From: Trueperaceae bacterium
GTDB lineage: Bacteria; Deinococcota; Deinococci; Deinococcales; Trueperaceae
Assembly: GCA_965215565.1 (NCBI GenBank)
Contig: CBDCDZ010000004.1
Span: 1,344,001-1,408,000 of the forward strand
DNA: 64,000 nt
Reading direction: 5' to 3'
A program made the position numbers and the translations under genes. Positions 9,672-18,039 of the stretch are shown here, one piece after another; the first letter of the stretch is position 1; every line of letters begins with the position of its first letter. The notes under the pieces were generated by a model. The model was not told where the DNA came from. It worked only from the letters and a program-made list of their open reading frames with translations, and did not search any database.

Positions 9672-10390
9672 GATAGATAGCCAGACGCGCAGACGCCCGC
9701 GCCGTAGAGGTTCGCTAGTCGGGTGAGTTCAAAGGCGTCGTTTCGTTCGGCGGACGCGAAGCGTCTACAGTCCACCGTGTAGGGGAGCGAGCCGTTTTGG
9801 GGAGCAGCCTCGAGCGTGACCTCTTCAAACGTGAAGCCGAGCGCGCGTAGCGCCCCGAAGAGGTCGTCGTACGCCATCTCGCTGAGGCGTCCCGCGACTT
9901 CGGTCAGCTCACCCACCTTGAGGCGCGCCTCTAAAAAGCTCCCGACGCAGAGCGCGGTGCGCTTCGCGAGACGGTCCACCCCTTCCCAGGTGCGCACGCC
10001 CCTCACTTCGTCATCAGAAATGAGCAAGGACGAGACGCTCGACTGAAGCAGGTGGACGCCGGGCTGGTGCTCTAAGAGGTACTTGGCGTGACGGTGGCAC
10101 GCCCAAGTGCTGACGAAACCGCCGTGTGCGACTTCATCGTAGATTTCTGCCATGAGCGTACCCGGGGGTGGCTCGAGGACCGCGCCGTCCCCGACGAGGT
10201 TGTAGAGCGTGTCCAGGCTCGTCGTGACGAGCAAGACGTCGCACCCGGCCCGCGCACACGCGAGCGCCGCCTCGCTACCTGTAATACCCGCGCCGACGAT
10301 AGCCACGTCATAAACGTGACCTGGCCCTGGGAAGCTCACCTCTTCCCTTCTAGGTTCTCTTTTTCTGCGTCCCCTTTTCCTGCGCCCCAC
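9614..10390 (-). CDS. Short GidA/MnmG-related FAD-dependent protein
   Basis: YDVAIVGAGITGSEAA Rossmann motif, GVRTWEG, GSFL; about 250 aa, like the small GidA homologues of Thermus/Deinococcus. Confidence 0.75.
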   Translation of the reverse strand: MGRRKRGRRKREPRREEVSFPGPGHVYDVAIVGAGITGSEAALACARAGCDVLLVTTSLDTLYNLVGDGAVLEPPPGTLMAEIYDEVAHGGFVSTWACHRHAKYLLEHQPGVHLLQSSVSSLLISDDEVRGVRTWEGVDRLAKRTALCVGSFLEARLKVGELTEVAGRLSEMAYDDLFGALRALGFTFEEVTLEAAPQNGSLPYTVDCRRFASAERNDAFELTRLANLYGAGVCASGYLSYEDAAEEGKRLASSICKS

Positions 10391-10519
10391 TTTTCTACAG
10401 TGGTTCGTAGTTGGCTAGGGGCGGGCAAGAGGTCGCGGCTCTTTGGCGCGAGGTAGGCGCAGTGATGGGGGGCGGGTGGGTGCACTCGAGAGGAACTCGC
10501 CACAGCTTTGTCGCTAGCC

Positions 10520-11101
10520 CTACTCGCCGAACCCATCCAGGAGCGGGAAAGGCTGCCGCCGCCCAGGGGCGCGCAAAAGCAGGTGTTCGCCCGTGCGGGT
10601 GCGCTGATAGATGAAGACGCCCTTGGGATGCTCCAAGAGGTCGCTCGGCTCCCTGGCGTCCACCATCACGCGCAGGTGGAGGGGCAGCGTGTTCTGCAGC
10701 TCGCCGAGTTCGTAGTGCTCACCCTGGGCGCGGTAGCCGAAGAAGACGTCGGTAGTGATCTCACTGTAGATGCAGGTCAGCGACTGCGCTTCCGAGGCGC
10801 GGTAGAGCGCGACGGCCTCCCAGACGGCGGCGAGCGCCGCCTCTTCGCTCACGAGTTCGCAGGCCATCTCACCCGTGTCGCCATAAAACGCCGCCGGGAA
10901 GTTGCGCGACTGCGCGTAAAAGCCTCTTTTACTCACGATGAGCCGCATCACCTTGTTGCTGTACGAAGCGCCTTTCACCGCGCTCTTCATGTAGGCGATA
11001 GCGAGCCCGTAGCGGCGCTCGTGCGCCTCGGCGAAATCTTCCCAGTCGGGGTCGATCAGGGCGGTGTCGGTGTTGACCTCAAAGCCTGTGCGCGTCAACA
11101 T
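10520..11101 (-). CDS. Hypothetical protein (193 aa)
   Basis: Codon usage and composition like neighbouring genes; no motif recognised. Confidence 0.7.
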   Translation of the reverse strand: MLTRTGFEVNTDTALIDPDWEDFAEAHERRYGLAIAYMKSAVKGASYSNKVMRLIVSKRGFYAQSRNFPAAFYGDTGEMACELVSEEAALAAVWEAVALYRASEAQSLTCIYSEITTDVFFGYRAQGEHYELGELQNTLPLHLRVMVDAREPSDLLEHPKGVFIYQRTRTGEHLLLRAPGRRQPFPLLDGFGE

Positions 11102-11368
11102 AAATCTCTAGAAATAGCGGGTATGAGCCGTCTCACTGAGGTTCGGAACGGGTCATCAATGCGCTCACCTGCGAGAGCTGTAAACGAGTGCGCACGTTCA
11201 GAGGTTGTACTGGCGTGATACAAGCTCGGTAAAAGTAAAATTCTCTTAGCCAAAAGCTGAGCCGACATCCTATTGACGCCCTTATAGATAAGCCTGTTCA
11301 AAATTTCGCCCGACGCCCTCTTCTCAGCGCTTCGCATGTGATGTAAATGACGTAGAGCGCTGGGCACG

Positions 11369-12163
11369 TCAGGCTCCCCCCTCTTCTGGTTTATCCCCTA
11401 CATGTAGCGCTGACACCCCGAAAGTCTGTAAGGTGTAGCGCACGTCCGCGAAGCCTGCCGCCTCCATCATCGCGGCGAGCACACTGGGTTTGGGAAACTT
11501 CAAGACCGAGTCGGGCAGATAGGTGTACGCGCTCCGCCTGCCGGATAAGAGCCCGCCCAAAATCGGCACGACTTTGAGGAAGTAGAAGCGGAAGAGCTGA
11601 CCGAACACGCCCCCTGGTGGCGGCGGGAACTCCAGGACGACTAAACGTCCACCCGGTTTAAGCACGCGGTGAAATTCGGCCAGCCCCTTGTCGTAGTCGG
11701 CGAAGTTGCGCAGTCCGTACGCAACCGTCAGGGCGTCGAAGCTCCCGTCTGGAAAGTCCAGCGCCAAGCCGTCGCCCTGCTCAAGCCTGATATCTACCCC
11801 CCGCTTGGCAGCTTTGGCGCGTCCTAGCTCGAGCATCGCCGGGACGAAATCCACCCCGACAACCTCCGCACCGGGCGCAGCCTCTTTAAGCGCCAGTGCG
11901 AGGTCCGCCGTACCCGTCGCCACGTCTAAAATGCGCCCCCCATCCGGCGCACGTTCCAGCGCAGCCTGGACCGCCTGCTTGCGCCATGCGCGGTCGACGC
12001 CCAAGCTCAGGAGGCGGTTCAAGAGGTCGTAGCGGCGCGCGATCGCGCCGAACATCTCTTTGACCTGGTGCGCCTTCTGATCTCCTGGCTGATCTTCCGG
12101 CGCGTGGTTAGGCGCAGGGCTGGGCTGAGCGGCTGGAGGGGACGAGGGCTTGGGCGAATCCAT
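11369..12163 (-). CDS. menG: Demethylmenaquinone methyltransferase (MenG/UbiE)
   Basis: MFGAIARRYDLLNRLLSLGVD, LDVATGTAD, YGLRN, VLKPGG, AYTYLPDS. Confidence 0.92.
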   Translation of the reverse strand: MDSPKPSSPPAAQPSPAPNHAPEDQPGDQKAHQVKEMFGAIARRYDLLNRLLSLGVDRAWRKQAVQAALERAPDGGRILDVATGTADLALALKEAAPGAEVVGVDFVPAMLELGRAKAAKRGVDIRLEQGDGLALDFPDGSFDALTVAYGLRNFADYDKGLAEFHRVLKPGGRLVVLEFPPPPGGVFGQLFRFYFLKVVPILGGLLSGRRSAYTYLPDSVLKFPKPSVLAAMMEAAGFADVRYTLQTFGVSALHVGDKPEEGGA

Positions 12164-12252
12164 AACGCTACGGTATCACGGAGCCTCTGGGTGTGCCCAA
12201 CCTTTGCGGACGTAAAACCTTCATCGTTTCGCGCCGCGCTATACTGCCCGCT

Positions 12253-13629
12253 ATGACCCCTTACCTCACGAACTATCTGAACGAACACCGAGAACGCTTC
12301 ACCGAAGAACTCGCCGACTTCTTGCGCATCCCGTCAGTCAGCACTGACTCGTCTTACCGGGGGGACGTGCGCCGCGCCGCGTCCTTCGTGCTCGAGAAGC
12401 TGCAACAAGCAGGCTTAGAGACGCGCCTCATCGAGACGCCGCGCCACCCCGTCGTCTACGGCTCGTACCACGTTTCCAACCGCGCGCCTACCGTGCTCAT
12501 CTACGGTCACTACGACGTGCAGCCGCCTGAGCCCCTAGAGGGGTGGGACTCACCGCCCTTCGAGCCGAGAATCGAAGCGGGCGTCATCTACGCGCGGGGC
12601 GCAACCGACGACAAGGGTCAGGTGTACGCACACGTCAAAGGGGTGGAGGCGCTGCTCGAGACCGAGGGCGTTTTAGACGTCAACGTGAAGTTCTTGATCG
12701 AGGGCGAGGAGGAGATTGGCAGCCCGAGCCTAAACGAGGTGCTCAAGGTCAACCGAGACCTCTTCGCCGCCGACGTCGTCGTTATCTCGGACGGCTCGAT
12801 GATCGCCCCGGACACGCCCACCATCACCTACGGGCTCAAAGGGCTCGCCTACATCCAAGTCGACGTGCGCGGCGCGGCGCTGGACCTACACTCCGGCGCG
12901 TTCGGCGGCGGCGTCCCGAACCCGATCAACGCGCTCGCCAAGATGATCGCGCAGCTCCACGACGAGGCGGGGCGCGTGGCGGTGCCGGGGTTTTACGACG
13001 ACGTTTTGGACGTCACAGATAGCGAGCGCGAGGCGTTCGCGAAGGTCCCCTTCGACGAGGAGGGGTTCGCCCACGAGATCGGCGTCAGCGCGACGCCGGG
13101 GGAGGCGGGCTATAGCCTCTTAGAGCGGCTTTGGGCTCGCCCGACTTTAGACGTCAACGGAATCGCGGGCGGCTTCCAGGGCGAAGGGGCCAAGACGGTC
13201 ATTGCAAACACGGCGATGGCAAAGATATCGTGCCGCCTGGTGCCTAACCAAGACCCCGCCGACATCACGAGGAAGCTGAGCGACTATCTGCAGAAAGTTA
13301 CACCCGAAGGCGTCACGGTGGACGTGACCGATTTGCACGGCGGCTACCCCGCACTCACGCCCTTGGACTCGCCCGCCGTGCAAGCTGCGAGCCGAGCCCT
13401 CCAAGAGGTCTACAGCCGAGAGCCCGTCTACGCCCGCACGGGCGGCACCATCCCCGTGGTCAGCACCTTTCAGCAGCTCTTGGGCGCAGAGGTCGTTTTA
13501 GTCGGTTTTGGCTTGGAGAATGACCGAATGCACTCGCCCAACGAGAAGTTCGATCTGGTCAACTACTACAGGGGCATCGAAACGAGCGCGGCGCTGCTGG
13601 GAGCGTTTGCGCGTAGGAACAATTCATGA
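12253..13629 (+). CDS. M20-family dipeptidase
   Basis: YGHYDVQP, ARGATDDKG, EGEEEIGS, HSPNE; TATACT 7 nt before ATG 12253 (leaderless-type). Confidence 0.92.
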   Translation: MTPYLTNYLNEHRERFTEELADFLRIPSVSTDSSYRGDVRRAASFVLEKLQQAGLETRLIETPRHPVVYGSYHVSNRAPTVLIYGHYDVQPPEPLEGWDSPPFEPRIEAGVIYARGATDDKGQVYAHVKGVEALLETEGVLDVNVKFLIEGEEEIGSPSLNEVLKVNRDLFAADVVVISDGSMIAPDTPTITYGLKGLAYIQVDVRGAALDLHSGAFGGGVPNPINALAKMIAQLHDEAGRVAVPGFYDDVLDVTDSEREAFAKVPFDEEGFAHEIGVSATPGEAGYSLLERLWARPTLDVNGIAGGFQGEGAKTVIANTAMAKISCRLVPNQDPADITRKLSDYLQKVTPEGVTVDVTDLHGGYPALTPLDSPAVQAASRALQEVYSREPVYARTGGTIPVVSTFQQLLGAEVVLVGFGLENDRMHSPNEKFDLVNYYRGIETSAALLGAFARRNNS

Positions 13630-13673
13630 GTCGCCTTCTACACAGCGCTACCAGTGGGTACAGAGAACGCAAA

Positions 13674-13706
13674 ATGTGGAGACGGGTTCCAAACCCGCCT
13701 CCACAT
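13674..13706. repeat. REP-like palindrome
   Basis: ATGTGGAGACGGGTT-CCA-AACCCGCCTCCACAT, near-perfect inverted repeat beginning GTGG. Confidence 0.6.
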
Positions 13707-13914
13707 CATTCCAATGAGGTCTTGCCGATGTATCCTACTTGAAGAGGTTGCGGATCAAGTTGTGTTGACACTTGTCCCTCGAAAGATCACGCTACCGGGC
13801 GTGGTAAACCCACGTGCTCCACAGCCTTCTCACTCCTCACTCCCTGCTTCTTACTTCTTGCTCCTTACATAGGGAGGCGAAACACATCATGGACAGTTTG
13901 AAACACTAACTGAT

Positions 13915-14727
13915 CTAGTTAAACGCGACAGCGTCCTCGTCGTACTCATCTTCATACTCCTCGTACTCGTACGCTTCAGCGAGGGTTTGCTCGCGGGCAA
14001 CCGAGTAGACGAGGAAGCTAAAGCCCGCTTTGGCGAGCCAGTCCGCGAGCATGTAGCCAAACTGCACGCCGACTTCGGTGGAGGAGCCCCCCAGCCCTAA
14101 GAAGGGCACCATGTAGATGACCGGGAAGAAGCCCCACGAGCCCAAGAGCAAGAGCACCGAGTTGGTGACGAGGCGGCTCGCGTGTTCGCTAAGCTCGGCG
14201 AGGGCGTCGTTGAGCACGCCGTAAAGCACCCAGAGGATATAGAGGAAAGGAACCGTGCTGGCGGTGCCCCAAATCACGCGCGTCTGCGTGTCGGTAGAGA
14301 TTTCGCCGGGGTAGCCGAGAGCGATCATAGCCACCGTCGCGACGCTCAAGCGGACGCCTAGCGAGAGCGCCTTGCCGCGAGGAAAGTCGAGCACGTTGAC
14401 GAGCGAGATGAGCAGAAGCGGCACGGTGGGGAGCCAGTAGACGTAGCGGTAGAGCGCGAAAGGTAGGGTGTCCTCAGTTGGAACGTAGAGCCCCTCTTGC
14501 AGCGCGTAGACGCCGCGCCACTGCGTGAAGAGGAAGAGGTAGTGTAGCGCCGACAGCCCGACGATCGTCGCCACCATCCAGAGCGCAGGGCGGTACGCTT
14601 CGTCGATCTTGCGCCGCGACACCACGAAAAAGGCGGCGAGCGAGACCATGAGCAGCACCGTTGCGATAAAAGCAACCACCACGAAGGTGTACTGAGCGGG
14701 CGAGAGGGCACTTAAAAAATTGAGCAT
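13915..14727 (-). CDS. Microbial (type 1) rhodopsin, xanthorhodopsin/Gloeobacter-rhodopsin-like, with an atypical Y-T-S helix-C motif
   Basis: Seven hydrophobic segments; YRYVYWLPTVPLL, MIALGYPGE, WGTASTVPF, WGFFP and ADWLAK (retinal Lys233); AAGGAG RBS before ATG 14727; 270 aa. Confidence 0.92.
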   Translation of the reverse strand: MLNFLSALSPAQYTFVVVAFIATVLLMVSLAAFFVVSRRKIDEAYRPALWMVATIVGLSALHYLFLFTQWRGVYALQEGLYVPTEDTLPFALYRYVYWLPTVPLLLISLVNVLDFPRGKALSLGVRLSVATVAMIALGYPGEISTDTQTRVIWGTASTVPFLYILWVLYGVLNDALAELSEHASRLVTNSVLLLLGSWGFFPVIYMVPFLGLGGSSTEVGVQFGYMLADWLAKAGFSFLVYSVAREQTLAEAYEYEEYEDEYDEDAVAFN

Positions 14728-15164
14728 AGTTCTCCTTATGATTAGACAGCATAGGCACAACGTCAAAAGTTCTTCCGACAGCGCGAGGGCAACTCCAAGA
14801 ACTGTCAGTGACGTATGTATCGTAGGCGAGAGGCTCTTCTCAAGAGGTCAAATTTTTCATCTTTACTCGGTGTTCAGAAAGTTCGCGGGTATAGCGCTCG
14901 GGGACCTGCTCACTTCTCTAGCCAACCTCTCAAAACAGCGTGCAGAAGGGCGTGAAGCGCGTTTTGCGGTCTACGGAACAGGACTAAAACACCGTAGTTT
15001 TTCACGAGCGAGCTATGACTTTTTGCGAAAAAGAGAGAAAAGTCATAGGGGTGCGGAGCGGCTCAACAGGGTTGGCATTTGGGTCTCAAGATTTGAGAAA
15101 CACTCGGGCTAGCTTCACCGTTCCTTCAGGCGCGTTCATGAAAGGGGGTCTCGCAAACTCGAGA

Positions 15165-15195
15165 TGGTATACTCGCTCACAGGTATTAAATACCT
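15165..15195 (+). promoter_or_regulatory. Extended -10 promoter and palindromic operator upstream of the BMP gene
   Basis: TGgTATACT at 15165-15173; perfect inverted repeat AGGTATT-A-AATACCT at 15181-15195. Confidence 0.45.
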
Positions 15196-15224
15196 CACAT
15201 CGCTCAATACACCCAGGAGGATTC

Positions 15225-16304
15225 ATGCGCAAACTCATCTTCGCTTCTCTTCTTCTCGCTCTGCCGCTAGCCGCCGCACAGGACTACGTCTTCGGTATCA
15301 CCTTCGACGCGGGCGGCAAGTTCGACGGCTCCTTCAACGAGGGCACCTGGAACGGTCTTTCTGGAGCCGTCGCCGACTTGCAAAACGAGGGTCTTCTCAT
15401 CGACATCTTGGAGTTTGAAGGCACCCCCGACACCGCCGCGCAAGGTCAGCGCCAGATCGCCAGCCAGGGCGCGGAACTCATCCTCGCGCCGGGCTTTTTA
15501 CAAGCTGACGCCATCGCCGCAACTTCGCAAGAGTTTCCCGAGACGAACTTCGTCTTGATCGACGCTGTAGCGGAGAACCCCAACGTGCGAAGCGTGCTCT
15601 TCAAGGAGCATGAGGGCAGCTACTTGGTAGGCTACATCGCGGGCTCCTTGACCCAGACGGGCACGGTGGGCTTCGTCGGCGGGATGGACATTCCGCTCAT
15701 TCGCGCGTTTGACTTGGGCTACGAAGAGGGCGTCAAGGCAGCGTGCCCCGAATGCGAAGTGATTTCGAACTACGTGGGCGTCACACCAGCCGCCTGGAAC
15801 GACCCCGCCCGCGCCAAAGAACTCGCCACCACCCAGCAGGCGCAGGGCGCGGACATCATCTACGCGGCGGCGGGCGCGTCGGGCAACGGCGTCATCGACT
15901 TCGTGAACCAGACCATGTGCTTCGAAGGCGGAGACCGCGAGTCGCCGCTCGCGGCGCAGATCGAGAGCGTTGACGTGAGCGACGCCTACGCCAGCAACTG
16001 CGAGGGGCAAAACCCGCTCTTTTTCATCGGCGTGGACTCGAACCAAAACCCGCGCGGCGACACGGATGGCAATCCCGCCACCTTGAACCACGGCTTGACC
16101 AGTATGCTCAAGCGCGTGGACACGGCTGCCTATAACGCCGCGATGGACGTCGCCAACGGCGAGTTCGAAGGCGGTATGCAGACCTTGGGCTTAGCCGAGG
16201 ACGGCGTGGGTTACGCGGTGGACGAGTACAACAGCGCGCTCATCCCCGAGAGCTTAGTGACTGAGTTAGAGGCTGTCAGGCAGCAGATCATCGACGGCGA
16301 ATGA
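15225..16304 (+). CDS. BMP-family ABC substrate-binding protein (nucleoside-type); C-terminus probably truncated by a short insertion
   Basis: GGKFDGSFNE, FKEHEGSYLVG, GFVGGM, AAAGASGNG, IGVDSNQ, TSMLKRVD; AGGAGG RBS before ATG 15225. Confidence 0.9.
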   Translation: MRKLIFASLLLALPLAAAQDYVFGITFDAGGKFDGSFNEGTWNGLSGAVADLQNEGLLIDILEFEGTPDTAAQGQRQIASQGAELILAPGFLQADAIAATSQEFPETNFVLIDAVAENPNVRSVLFKEHEGSYLVGYIAGSLTQTGTVGFVGGMDIPLIRAFDLGYEEGVKAACPECEVISNYVGVTPAAWNDPARAKELATTQQAQGADIIYAAAGASGNGVIDFVNQTMCFEGGDRESPLAAQIESVDVSDAYASNCEGQNPLFFIGVDSNQNPRGDTDGNPATLNHGLTSMLKRVDTAAYNAAMDVANGEFEGGMQTLGLAEDGVGYAVDEYNSALIPESLVTELEAVRQQIIDGE

Positions 16305-16412
16305 ACTTAGTATAATTGTAGTAACGGACTTCCGCGAGCAGTAAAGCTCGGCGTAAACACTAGCGAGCCTTCTCTTCTCCGAGCAATCGTGTTGGGGCTC
16401 TTTTTCATCCTT

Positions 16413-16616
16413 TAGCAGTTCCAAGACATACTGAGACGGATGAGCGCAGATCTCTGTCCGCAAGGACTAGCGTTACGGGCAGGCCGCCCTGCCGTTGCGG
16501 GATTTCATCTCCGAATGTGCGTGCTAGTTACGCAGTTTTCCGCAGGAAACACCGCTTTCATAGTGAGAGTGTTGCTTCGCATCGCTCCGCGCACTCAAAC
16601 CAGATGATACCTGCTA
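16413..16616 (+). repeat. MITE-like dispersed repeat, copy B (204 bp, three extra internal segments)
   Basis: TAGCAGTTCCAAGACATACTGAGACGGATGAGCGCAGAT...CTCAAACCAGATGATACCTGCTA; nearly identical to the reverse complement of 53353-53463 apart from the extra segments. Confidence 0.9.
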
Positions 16617-16655
16617 CTTGTTGTTTCATGCTCCTTACTTCGTCCCAGCCCCACA

Positions 16656-16664
16656 TGCTACAAT
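16656..16664 (+). promoter_or_regulatory. Extended -10 promoter of rnpB
   Basis: TGcTACAAT 8 nt upstream of the P1 helix start. Confidence 0.55.
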
Positions 16665-16672
16665 CACCTCTT

Positions 16673-17151
16673 GCGGTGAGAGGAACCTGGTCGCGGCTTA
16701 GCTGGGCAACTGGCTTGGCTGAGGAAAGTCCGGGCTCCGCAGGGCAGGGTGCCAGGTAACGCCTGGGCGTGTAAGGCGACGGCAAGTGCAGCAGAAAGCA
16801 AGCTGCCAGGGCGGTATCATCGTCGCTCGGACGCGCTAAGTTGTTAAAGCGACTACTGAGCGCGTTGATAGTGGTGGGATGATACCCCCTGGTAACGTTG
16901 AAACGGTGCGGTAAGAGCGCACCAGTGCCTTTGGTAACAAGGGCAGCTAGGTAAACCCCACCCGGTGCAAGGTCCGATAGGGAGAAAGAGCTTGCCCGGC
17001 TCGTTAGTATCTCCGGGTTGACCGCTCGAGGCGCTTGGCGACAAGCGTCCCAGATAGATGACTAGGTAGCTCCCGGAGGTATCACTTGGAGCGTTGCTCC
17101 ATAGATGATACCTCTGGGGACGAACAGGACCCGGCTTACCACCTCTCCCGC
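16673..17151 (+). ncRNA. rnpB: RNase P RNA (type A) with long P12 and P19 helices
   Basis: Conserved GAGGAAAGTCCGGGC, AGTGCAGCAGAAA, GGTAAACCCC...GCAAG and AACAGGACCCGGCTTA; terminal P1 pairing GCGG(T)GAGAGG/CCTCTCCCGC. Confidence 0.95.
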
Positions 17152-17161
17152 ATTATTTTTT

Positions 17162-17195
17162 GGCGAACGCAACCTCTGCGTCCGCCTTTCTTTTT
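17162..17195 (+). terminator. Intrinsic terminator of rnpB
   Basis: GGCGAACGCA/TGCGTCCGCC stem followed by TTTCTTTTT. Confidence 0.7.
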
Positions 17196-17469
17196 GGAGC
17201 TGGTTGGACAAGCCCACGCATGTAGGATTTTTTACATTCGCCGTTTCTCCAAACTCGGCGCTAAGTGGGGGCGCTGTAGGAGGCGAAGTGGGTGGTGAGG
17301 GGGGAGTACGTGGGGAGACGCCAACCTCGAGCTGACTACACTCCGAGAAAGTGCGTGCTAGACTGTAAAAAGCTACCTTTCTAGGACTCGCCACCCCCTT
17401 CCCACTCGTGCTACCCGAAGCTCCCAAATGGAGCACAAGTGGGAGAAAAATCAGAAAACGACGGTGAGA

Positions 17470-17520
17470 GTGGGTCAAAGGTGGGGACTTGTGGGAATCT
17501 GTGGAAAAGTGTGATACACT
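17470..17520 (+). promoter_or_regulatory. MraZ-binding direct repeats overlapping the dcw promoter
   Basis: GTGGG/GTGGA at 17470, 17481, 17491 and 17501 (10-11 bp period), followed by TGaTACACT extended -10. Confidence 0.75.
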
Positions 17521-17610
17521 TCATCCCATAGGTTAAGTCCCTGCGTCACGCCCCTTTGCTGGTCAGACGCTGAACTTGGGCTTTTCACTTAGGTGGGAGC
17601 GTCGTGGAAG

Positions 17611-18039
17611 ATGCCGTTTGGCGAATTTCAATACTCGGTAGACGACAAAGGTCGGGTCATCGTCCCACCTTCCTTTCGCGACTTCGTTACCGACGGCATG
17701 ATCGTAACAAGAGGCATGGAAGGTTGTTTGTACGTCTTCCCGCTCACCAAATGGAACGCGATCGAGAGCGAGCTGAGCAACCTCTCCATCACCGACGCGA
17801 AATCTCGGGGCTTCGTGCGCTTTTTCTATTCGGGCGCGTCCAAAGCCAAAATCGACTCGGCGGGTCGCATCACGATTCCCGCCACGCTCCGCGCTTTCGC
17901 CTCCTTGGAGAACAACGTCCGCATCGCGGGCTTCCCGAACCGCTTAGAGATTTGGGACGAAGCGAAGTGGGAAGAGAACATCAGCGCCGTGCAGCACCAA
18001 CCCGACGCCCCGGAAGCGCTGCTGGAACTCGTCGGATGA
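17611..18039 (+). CDS. mraZ: Division/cell wall cluster transcriptional repressor MraZ
   Basis: MPFGEFQYSVDDKGRVIVP, TRGMEGCL, IDSAGRITIP, RLEIWD. Confidence 0.95.
   Translation: MPFGEFQYSVDDKGRVIVPPSFRDFVTDGMIVTRGMEGCLYVFPLTKWNAIESELSNLSITDAKSRGFVRFFYSGASKAKIDSAGRITIPATLRAFASLENNVRIAGFPNRLEIWDEAKWEENISAVQHQPDAPEALLELVG

Noticed and set aside
14920..15077. Possible further MITE (GCCAACC...GGTTGGC ends with an internal CTATGACTTTT/AAAAGTCATAG hairpin) upstream of the rhodopsin
   Set aside because: Only a 7-bp inverted match and no second copy in the window.
16517..17478. ORFs overlapping the repeat, rnpB and the mraZ upstream region
   Set aside because: Explained by non-coding elements; no protein-like features.
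17604..18035. Long N-terminal extension of RsmH, and similar extensions of MurD, MurC, BMP and M20 in the ORF track
   Set aside because: These are open frames overlapping upstream genes; better starts exist at ATGA/GTGA overlaps or after an RBS.
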